Below are positions 39,163 through 46,893 of a stretch of DNA of 64,000 nucleotides, in pieces; position 1 is the stretch's first letter, and every line of letters begins with the position of its first letter. Made by a program: the position numbers and the translations under genes. The notes beneath the pieces were generated by a model. That model worked only from the letters and a program-made list of their open reading frames with translations, did not search any database and had not been told where the DNA came from. The DNA lies in the IMG/VR virus record IMGVR_UViG_3300034104_005687, positions 248,001 through 312,000 of that record; one strand, 5' to 3'.

Positions 39163-42100
39163 ATGAACCTCCATGAGTTAGATTCCTACAACCTTGCAGA
39201 TGCAGTAAAATTCCACAATCGCCTTAACCCGCGGTTGTGGGACAAAACTGAACATCTGTTGCCCGAAGTACACAACAAACTGCTGGAAATAGCAGCCGAT
39301 TTTCAAGAATTTTTGGGTGTGCCTGATCTAGACGTAGTGGATGTCACAGTGTCAGGATCCAATGCAGCCTACAGTTATACCCCACACAGTGACATTGACC
39401 TGCATCTTGTGGTGCAAATGCCAGAGCAAAACAGCGAAGTATTTCAAGAACTTTTCAACGCCAAAAAATATCAGTACAACGATGAACACGACATACGCAT
39501 AGGGGGTGCTGATGTTGAACTCTATGTTCAACCTGCGGATCAAAAACATCATAGTCTAGGAATCTACAGTGTCAAAAACAATGACTGGGTCCAGGTACCA
39601 CGCAGACGCAAAATAGAACTAGACGACCAGTGCGTGGCTCATAAAACTGAAGATCTGGCAGCCAGGATTGATCAAGCTGTGGCATCCGGCAGCGAAGAAA
39701 CCATGCAGCGTTTGTGGGACAAAATTAAGACCATGCGTCAGACTGGGCTAGAGCAAGCCGGCGAGTTTGGCTGCGATAACTTGGTATTCAAAATGCTGCG
39801 TCGTTCTGGACACATCGAACGTTTAACGCAAGCCAAGACACAGGCTCATGATCGTGAGCTCAGTCTCACAGAAAAGAAAAAACGCAAGAAGGCCAAAAAG
39901 AAATTTACCTATGGTGCGTTTGGTGGCTGGTTCTATCCAGGCTACAACTTTGGCGCAGGCGAAACCGGTGATGCTGGTGGCGGAGACGGCGGTGGAGAAA
40001 GTGTACGCGAAGTTGATTCAGGCATTGCACAAGGCAGCGCCATTGGTGACGCTGGTGCACAAAGCACATGGGACGGGGTAAGTCCTGACACTGACGAATA
40101 TCTCAGTGAAGAAGCCGAAGCCGAAAGCATTGTGCGTGATTTCATTAGAGACACTGCTCGCCGACTGAACATTCAGAAACTACCGCGTGTGCGACTACAC
40201 AATGATGACAGCTGGAGCGAAAATGCCGGCAGCTTTGGCAGATACGTACCTGAAACACACGAACTACATGTGAACATGGCCGATCGCCACATCATGGACA
40301 TATTGCGTACCACTGCACACGAATTGGCACATTGTAGACAGCACGAACTGTCGCCGTTGCCTGCTGATGCTGGCAACACTGGCAGTCGTTGGGAAAATCA
40401 AGCACATGCCACAGCTGGTGTGATCATGCGTGATTATGCTGATGCACATCCAGAAATGTTTGACAAATCTGCTGTAACTGAAAGCTCAGGTTACATTCCC
40501 ACTGACGCAGAAAAGAACGATCCACGCTTTGTGATGGCCTTGAGTCCAGATGTTCGTCCAGGCGCAACAGGCAAGAATGCCAACAAGATGGCGTTGAGGA
40601 CCAATGCACAAGGTCAGCCACAATTGGCCAAGACCAATGGCCTAGTAGAAAGCCTGCGTCGAGAGTTTGCTCTCCTAGAGGATGAATTTCTAGGCGAAAT
40701 CAAAATGACCAGCAAGAATCTGCGAGCTGAAGCCGCCAAGACTGGTGCTATAGCTGGCATGGAATTTGAAATGATTGTGCCCAACACTGAAGGCAACGAT
40801 GACGGTGACTTGGAACCCGACTATGACGCAGACCAACGCTGCCGTAGCATAGATGATGCTGTGGAGTTTTTCTATGACGGCGACTACAATGGCCGTAGAG
40901 ATGTTGAAAACCTACGTGCAAGAATGAACAACGATTTCCAGGAATGGCGTGATGATAAAATTGGCAATGATTGGGATACGGATGGGGATGATTATGTGCG
41001 TGAGTGGGTTGCCAACAATGTAGACGAATCAGAATGGAACAACAATGAAGATGATCCTGAAGCTTCGCGTGAAGAAAAATTAGACAACTTTGCTGCTAAT
41101 GTTTACAATGATCCCGGCAGTAATTACCATCAACAAGCATTTGATGAGTTCCGAGAAGAAAATCAAGACTCATATGACGAAAGTGACTGGTTAGACGCTG
41201 AAGACCTAGATCGCATGAGCGGTGTTGAAAACGCCTATGATATTTCTTGGCCGCACTGGACCAGCGGTGGCGGCGGTGGCGAAGCCAGTATTGAAGATGT
41301 AGCACAAGAGTTTGAAAATGCCATAGGCCGTGACGTTCGAGCCAGTGGCAGCTATCATTCAGGACGAGTACAAAGACCCAGCCCTACACAACAACACTAT
41401 GTGGTCGAGCCCGATGGCAGTTTGGAGCCGGATGATACCAATGATCAAGGCCTGGAGTTTGTAAGTCCGCCCCTGCCCATTGACGATATACTAAGTGACT
41501 TGAACAAAGTCAAGGCCTGGGCCAAAGAATATGGCTGCTATACCAACGACTCAACAGGCTTGCACATCAACATCTCAGTGCCCAACTACAGCAGAGAAAA
41601 CTTGGACTTTGTAAAGTTAGCATTGTTAATGGGCGACGAGTATATCCTGGACTTGTTTGGTCGTGTTGGCAATACCTACGCTAAGTCAGCCATGAAGCTG
41701 GTCAAGGAAAAAGTACGTGAAAATCCAGATGCAGCAAAACAGTTGCTGGACAAGATGAAGGGTAACTTGGATGCACTTGCTACCAAGGCCATCCACTCAG
41801 GTATTACCAGCAAGTACACCAGCATCAACACCAAGGACGGACACATTGAATTCCGCTCACCTGGTGGTGACTGGCTGGATGACAACTTTGACAAGATTGA
41901 AAACACCCTGTTACGATTCACAGTGGCCATGAGTGCGGCACTGAATCCGGATGCTTATCGTCAAGAGTATCAAAAGAAACTTTACAAATTGTTGACTGCG
42001 GACCAAAAGGATTCAGACACAATCAAGTATTTTGCACAATATGCTGCTGGTGAGCTACCCAAGGCTGCCTTGCGTAGTTTTGTTAAGCAAGCACAACTAG

Positions 42101-43389
42101 AGCGCAAGGTAAAACGCGGCGAAACAATCAATCAAAAAATGTGGTGGAGCGTTACCAATCCCCCGCAAAGTTCTGCCGGTATAGAAGTTGTTGCTACCTC
42201 TAAAGAAGAAGCCATTGCCCAAGCCCTGGGACCAGATGGCTATCCTGGCTGGGCCAACACACGACAATCAGTTGTGGCCAAGCCTTTGCGTCCATTTGAA
42301 GACACCAGTTTGGACAAACCTTTTGTATGGAAAGTTCAAGGCACTGATTCTCCATATCAAAGACAAGGTATAGAAGTTGTTGCTTTTAGTGAGCTCGAAG
42401 CAATGCAAAAAGCCAGACGACGATGGAATTTAAACATAGGTACAACCCCAGAACAAGAATTCTTTAGAACCAACCGTTGGATTGCTACCACTGTTCGTCC
42501 TGCTGAAGAACCTGAACAAGATCAAGACAGTGCAACAACTGGCAACTGGGGAGCTTATGTAACGGTGCTTGATCGGTTTGCAGAATTCAACGACCAAGGT
42601 ACCACCCGTACTAGGAGATTCAGAGACCAGGCAGCAGCTGAGTCCTGGATACAGAATTATAATATAAGGTACCCTAGAAATGATCTTGAATTGACTGCTC
42701 GAGAGCTTGAACCTTCTGAACAAGCGCCGCAGTCTGGCCGTGCTGCCACAAGCCCAACAGGACAGTGGAAAATGGTTGATGGTTTAAATCGTGAAGTATA
42801 TCGTTTCCGTCCTGCAGAGAATACTAGAGCCAAAGCCAATGAGTTAGCCTCACTATGGGCACGGGAAAACAACTTTGATGGCAATTATCAAGTTGAACCT
42901 GCGGAAGATACTGCACAAACAGATACGAACCCACTAACACCAACAGGCTCTGGACCCTGGGAAGTAGCCAGCAGAAGCAACAATCAAGTTTATTACAACC
43001 CACCAAGCAGTAATCCTATTGAAGCAGAGTCACAATCAAGAACGTGGTTAAGACAAAACGATCACAACGAATCAGACTTTGAAGTACGAACTCGAGAAGG
43101 TGTTGGTGGCACAGACACAGCACAAGGTGGTATCATTGATATTGAACCAGATATATCACAATACAATGCACCACAAACACTGACCCGCCCTGGGCAAGAT
43201 CAGCAGGTGTTTACAGGCCAATGGAAAGTAACACTCGATGGCGAAGAGATTCATCGCTTTGGCGGCATTGGTAACAATCAAATGGATGCAAATCGTGTTG
43301 GCCGTGAATGGGCACGTAATCAAATACGTCAAGGATTATTATATCCTGCGGGCGATATCGAAGTCTTTCCAGTAATGGGAAATGCCTAA
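39163..43389 (+). CDS. Polyvalent protein: Pol-beta-type nucleotidyltransferase + HExxH metallopeptidase-like + amidoligase (COOH-NH2 ligase)-like + C-terminal repeats
   Basis: 'GSNAAY....SDIDLH'; 'AHELAH...E..A'; 'GMEFE', 'EPDGSL', 'GLEFVSP', 'TGLHIN', 'KYTSIN', 'IEFR'. Confidence 0.75.
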   Translation: MNLHELDSYNLADAVKFHNRLNPRLWDKTEHLLPEVHNKLLEIAADFQEFLGVPDLDVVDVTVSGSNAAYSYTPHSDIDLHLVVQMPEQNSEVFQELFNAKKYQYNDEHDIRIGGADVELYVQPADQKHHSLGIYSVKNNDWVQVPRRRKIELDDQCVAHKTEDLAARIDQAVASGSEETMQRLWDKIKTMRQTGLEQAGEFGCDNLVFKMLRRSGHIERLTQAKTQAHDRELSLTEKKKRKKAKKKFTYGAFGGWFYPGYNFGAGETGDAGGGDGGGESVREVDSGIAQGSAIGDAGAQSTWDGVSPDTDEYLSEEAEAESIVRDFIRDTARRLNIQKLPRVRLHNDDSWSENAGSFGRYVPETHELHVNMADRHIMDILRTTAHELAHCRQHELSPLPADAGNTGSRWENQAHATAGVIMRDYADAHPEMFDKSAVTESSGYIPTDAEKNDPRFVMALSPDVRPGATGKNANKMALRTNAQGQPQLAKTNGLVESLRREFALLEDEFLGEIKMTSKNLRAEAAKTGAIAGMEFEMIVPNTEGNDDGDLEPDYDADQRCRSIDDAVEFFYDGDYNGRRDVENLRARMNNDFQEWRDDKIGNDWDTDGDDYVREWVANNVDESEWNNNEDDPEASREEKLDNFAANVYNDPGSNYHQQAFDEFREENQDSYDESDWLDAEDLDRMSGVENAYDISWPHWTSGGGGGEASIEDVAQEFENAIGRDVRASGSYHSGRVQRPSPTQQHYVVEPDGSLEPDDTNDQGLEFVSPPLPIDDILSDLNKVKAWAKEYGCYTNDSTGLHINISVPNYSRENLDFVKLALLMGDEYILDLFGRVGNTYAKSAMKLVKEKVRENPDAAKQLLDKMKGNLDALATKAIHSGITSKYTSINTKDGHIEFRSPGGDWLDDNFDKIENTLLRFTVAMSAALNPDAYRQEYQKKLYKLLTADQKDSDTIKYFAQYAAGELPKAALRSFVKQAQLERKVKRGETINQKMWWSVTNPPQSSAGIEVVATSKEEAIAQALGPDGYPGWANTRQSVVAKPLRPFEDTSLDKPFVWKVQGTDSPYQRQGIEVVAFSELEAMQKARRRWNLNIGTTPEQEFFRTNRWIATTVRPAEEPEQDQDSATTGNWGAYVTVLDRFAEFNDQGTTRTRRFRDQAAAESWIQNYNIRYPRNDLELTARELEPSEQAPQSGRAATSPTGQWKMVDGLNREVYRFRPAENTRAKANELASLWARENNFDGNYQVEPAEDTAQTDTNPLTPTGSGPWEVASRSNNQVYYNPPSSNPIEAESQSRTWLRQNDHNESDFEVRTREGVGGTDTAQGGIIDIEPDISQYNAPQTLTRPGQDQQVFTGQWKVTLDGEEIHRFGGIGNNQMDANRVGREWARNQIRQGLLYPAGDIEVFPVMGNA

Positions 43390-43931
43390 TGCGAGCTAAT
43401 GAGTTTGTTGTTGAAGCACACGTTCCACCTATACGTGATCAGATTCGTGCTGACGTGAAAAAGAATGGTCCTGGTGAATATTTTGTGCGTGTAACTGCTG
43501 TAGACCAACTGGGATTTAGTGCCAGGCAAAAGTTTGGTCGATCGCCCGACATGGATGATCCCAACTTTGATGTAGACTACATTGGTGCAGGCCGAGGACG
43601 TCCTGCACTTTGGTTCTACCCAGTTAACGAATATCTCAAAAACAAAGACTTGTACGCAACAGAAAATCCTTATGTTTGGCTAGTTAAACTAAAAGACACA
43701 GCTTGGCTACAACCTGCTCGTCGTGGTGATTCAGGTGTGGCTAATCCGCCGCAGGGTAAACAACGTGTGGGTATTATGCGTATGAGTAATCCTCCGGCTG
43801 CTATATTCTTCCAGCCAGGATTTGATGTTGTAGGACGTTACTATGACTATGCAGGACAACACAAGCGTCACGGCGAAGTCAAGGGTCGTCCTGATCCTAG
43901 CTGGTTTGATCGTGTTAGAGGTCAATCATGA
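43389..43931 (+). CDS. Hypothetical protein with MRAxEF leader (putative internal head protein)
   Basis: Starts MRANEFVVE. Confidence 0.65.
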   Translation: MRANEFVVEAHVPPIRDQIRADVKKNGPGEYFVRVTAVDQLGFSARQKFGRSPDMDDPNFDVDYIGAGRGRPALWFYPVNEYLKNKDLYATENPYVWLVKLKDTAWLQPARRGDSGVANPPQGKQRVGIMRMSNPPAAIFFQPGFDVVGRYYDYAGQHKRHGEVKGRPDPSWFDRVRGQS

Positions 43932-44410
43932 GAGCACAAGAGTTTGTAGGCGAAAAAGTTTCTCCAGAAACTGCACAAGACGGTTTTCTTGATCAGCAGC
44001 TGGTCAACAACGGAGAATGGACAATCAAAGCCACGGGCGATACACGACGCTATGGTGACACAGTTGCCAATGTGTTGCATGTAAAGGTGTTTGATACCAA
44101 CACCAATGAAGAACTGGCCTGGGTCGATTTTCTTGTAAAAACTCGTAGAGAAGATGGAGAGCGATACATGGAGTCAGCATACACTTATGTAAATCCTCGA
44201 TACCGCGGCAAGGGACTGGCCAAGTTAATGTATCAGTATGCCAATAGCTTGGGCAACGACATTCAACCAAGTCAAATGCAAACTGACATGGGCAAAGGTA
44301 TGTGGAAAGGACTCAACAAGGCTGTGAAACAACCTCCTTTGCTGCCTACTGTGTCTGTGCCCGAGAAACCGCCCAGTGTGTGGCAGCGTTTGCGAAAGGC
44401 CGTGGTATGA
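43928..44410 (+). CDS. GNAT-family acetyltransferase with MRAxEF leader
   Basis: Acetyl-CoA motif A 'YVNPRYRGKGLAKLMY' and 'QTDMGKGMW'; starts MRAQEFVGE. Confidence 0.8.
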   Translation: MRAQEFVGEKVSPETAQDGFLDQQLVNNGEWTIKATGDTRRYGDTVANVLHVKVFDTNTNEELAWVDFLVKTRREDGERYMESAYTYVNPRYRGKGLAKLMYQYANSLGNDIQPSQMQTDMGKGMWKGLNKAVKQPPLLPTVSVPEKPPSVWQRLRKAVV

Positions 44411-44955
44411 GAGCAAATGAATTTACACAACCACGGGCTGCTGGCTGTATAATAGTAGCTGAGGACACAGGTCGTTGGTGTTTACAGCAACGCAGTGACA
44501 CAGTGAGTGATCCTGGCCTGTGGTCAACCTGGGGTGGCGGCTGTGAACTAGGAGAAACACTGGAACAATGTGTGCGTAGAGAGCTGGCAGAAGAAGGTGG
44601 ATATGTAGGCCCACTCCAGTTGGAACCACTCAGCAGCAACAGTCAGTATGCCACCTTTATTGGTCGTGTGCCACATGAATTTGAACCCAAAATCAATCGT
44701 GAATCAAAAGACTGGTGCTGGTGTGAGTCAGATCAACTGCCTGAACCCATGCATCCAGGACTTGCACAAGCGTTGAGTGAAAACTTTGCTGACGGCAAAG
44801 TAAAAGGAAAAAGCAGACCTGGGCGTGTAAAACGTGCAGGTGCCAGCTGCAATGGAAGTGTAACAGATCTAAGAGCAAGAGCCAAACGTGCATCAGGAGA
44901 AAGAGCCCGTATGTACCACTGGTGTGCCAACATGAAATCAGGACGTAAAAAATAA
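44407..44955 (+). CDS. Nudix hydrolase with MRAxEF leader and a basic C-terminal module
   Basis: Nudix box 'GGCELGETLEQCVRRELAEEGG'; ATG 44407 is coupled to the previous stop. Confidence 0.85.
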   Translation: MRANEFTQPRAAGCIIVAEDTGRWCLQQRSDTVSDPGLWSTWGGGCELGETLEQCVRRELAEEGGYVGPLQLEPLSSNSQYATFIGRVPHEFEPKINRESKDWCWCESDQLPEPMHPGLAQALSENFADGKVKGKSRPGRVKRAGASCNGSVTDLRARAKRASGERARMYHWCANMKSGRKK

Positions 44956-44999
44956 GAGGCGGTCTCCTGTAACTTAAACTTATTTCAAAAACAAACAGC

Positions 45000-45445
45000 A
45001 CAAGGTTGGCGGGCCGAATATAATACCGCTGGTGAATCCGCTCTGATGTGTGGCGGTAGCCAATTCTGTCCGCTGTTAACAGGCTTCTGTTCTCTACCCC
45101 TGTGCCGCAGGGATGCCCAGAGAAAACGTCTGCCCTGTGGCAGTAGCGTTAGAACAGTCGTACGGGTTGAGCGTAGCGCAAGCTAGCTTATTGTCAGATA
45201 CTGTCATAGATCCAATTGACACCGAGGGATCTTTAAAAGTCGTAGCAGGTAGGGTAAGGTACAGAGCCCAGAACAGTAGACAACACAAATACCTGCTGTC
45301 ATAAGTGTGGCTGAGCAACTCAGCGAATGTCTTGGCGCCCTGTTTCAGGGTGTCGTATGGCGTCACAATCTAGCGAAATATCTCTTGTGTATTTGTATAA
45401 ACAAAGCGAGCTGACAAGCGAAGCTTAGGATTGCGTAGCAATCCG
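45000..45445 (+). ncRNA. Unidentified, highly structured non-coding element (candidate large ncRNA and/or ssDNA structure)
   Basis: Core of the longest gap in the window (44956-45466), with at least nine readable stems, some with G-U pairs and GCAA loops. Confidence 0.6.
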
Positions 45446-45466
45446 ATCAGACTAAATACAAATACT

Positions 45467-46597
45467 ATGCTATTCAACGAACTCTTTAACTCTAGCCCTG
45501 AACCCCTTGCTGAGGGTGTATTGGATAACCCTGGGCAAGAACACAGCCCGGTTGCGTCTGCTATTATTCGTCGTATCTTGCTACAGCGTACAGACTTATT
45601 GAGCAAGTACGGTCCTGAGCGAGTGGGTGCAGCAGTTGACGATGTTGCTGACTTTGTGGGTGACACGGACGAAATTGGCAGTAGCGATGTATCCGGTTGG
45701 GTTCGCCAAGTTGAACAGATGTTGGGCAACATGACAGAAGCTGGATACAAGCGTGATGCGTATCAAAGAGATTACGACAATAGTGTTGCAGGCATGAGCA
45801 AACGTGACTCTTACGCCTACAGTCAAGACGGTGGTGGCAACGATGAACGCCACGATCTAGATCCCACTGAGTGGTACATTGTCAAAGATGGCAAAATGTT
45901 CAAAGCAACTGTGTATCCTACCCAAGTACAGTCAGCAATGTCACAGGGCTTTAGTCCCAGCAGAGAAGAAGCCAAAGCCAGAGCTGACCAGCAAGGTGTG
46001 GCGGAAGGCTCAGATTTTTTTGCAGGTAGCAAATTTGCCGACGAAGATGGCAATACATTTAGTGTAGAAAAAATAATAGCCTTTGCCAAAAAAAATCCAA
46101 AATATTTTCATAAAGATTTTCCATTATCAAAAATAAAACATGATCTTTCATGGTGGCAAGGAAATAAAGAAAGAATGATGAATGCTGATACAAGTTTTCC
46201 ACTGTTAGTAATTCAAAATGATGATGGACATCTTGGTGTTGCTGATGGGCTTAATCGCATGAAAAAAGCAGTTGATGTTGAGAAGAAAACAACTATTGAT
46301 GTTTATCTAGTTCCAAAAAAAGATATTATGAAGTTCTCTGAAAAGCAAGGTGTGGCGGAAGGTGATATCGGTCAGTTAGAAAAAGATATTGCTGCTGCAC
46401 CAGTTGAGCCTATTGCCAACATGGAAGGCTCCAACGAAAAGATTGGCAATATGGATGCTGATGCGTTTGATTCTGCCATGGCACGCCTTAAAAAGCTAGC
46501 AGGTGCAGGGCCAATGAAAACTGTGTGGGATCCTACCAAACGTGTTTACCGCAACATGCCCACAGCAGTTCAACCTCCTCAACAGCCCAAAAAATGA
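45467..46597 (+). CDS. Modular putative internal head protein with a ParB-like cassette
   Basis: CTAAATA upstream; 'MLFNELF...LAE'; 'FPLLVIQNDDGHLGVADGLNRMKKA' lies between two QGVAEG repeats. Confidence 0.65.
   Translation: MLFNELFNSSPEPLAEGVLDNPGQEHSPVASAIIRRILLQRTDLLSKYGPERVGAAVDDVADFVGDTDEIGSSDVSGWVRQVEQMLGNMTEAGYKRDAYQRDYDNSVAGMSKRDSYAYSQDGGGNDERHDLDPTEWYIVKDGKMFKATVYPTQVQSAMSQGFSPSREEAKARADQQGVAEGSDFFAGSKFADEDGNTFSVEKIIAFAKKNPKYFHKDFPLSKIKHDLSWWQGNKERMMNADTSFPLLVIQNDDGHLGVADGLNRMKKAVDVEKKTTIDVYLVPKKDIMKFSEKQGVAEGDIGQLEKDIAAAPVEPIANMEGSNEKIGNMDADAFDSAMARLKKLAGAGPMKTVWDPTKRVYRNMPTAVQPPQQPKK
45990..46008 (+). repeat. 19-bp repeat AGCAAGGTGTGGCGGAAGG, copy 3
   Basis: Exact match. Confidence 0.95.
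46344..46362 (+). repeat. 19-bp repeat AGCAAGGTGTGGCGGAAGG, copy 4
   Basis: 354 bp (118 codons) after copy 3. Confidence 0.95.
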
Positions 46598-46860
46598 GAG
46601 CCAGCGAGTTCATTGGCACCGTTGCCAAACGTAATGCTCGCGTAGGCTCCAGACATCAACGTGGGCACACTCCGCTGCCCAGATATCGTTACAGCAATGA
46701 TCAAAAATTGGATGAACTCAGTTTCCTGGGTTCTGAATGCACCAAGGACTGTTCAGGACATCGTGCTGGCTACGACTGGTACAAGAAACGTGGCTATGAA
46801 CCAGCCAGCTGGAGCAACAGCTTCAACCGTGGTGCTGCCTTGGCTGCTGCTGGCAAATAA
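46594..46860 (+). CDS. Small protein with MRAxEF leader
   Basis: Starts MRASEF; 'CTKDCSGHRAGYDW' module follows LDE. Confidence 0.65.
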   Translation: MRASEFIGTVAKRNARVGSRHQRGHTPLPRYRYSNDQKLDELSFLGSECTKDCSGHRAGYDWYKKRGYEPASWSNSFNRGAALAAAGK

Positions 46861-46893
46861 CAACTCACAATCACAGCTAGCATACATACGTGC

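Noticed and set aside
45094-45366. 90-aa (-) and 63-aa (+) ORFs inside the structured region
   Set aside because: No RBS or recognisable motif; dense base-pairing explains the sequence better.
44956-45466. tRNA, tmRNA, RNase P RNA or group I/II intron
   Set aside because: No cloverleaf/TTCGA arm, no GAGGAAAGUCC P4 motif, no domain V and no convincing P7 pairing; no gene is interrupted. Kept as an unidentified structured element.
37372-46362. The 19-bp repeats as a CRISPR array or transposon ends
   Set aside because: Spacers are 335-380 bp, in frame and protein-coding. The repeats are direct and non-palindromic, and no cas or transposase gene is present.
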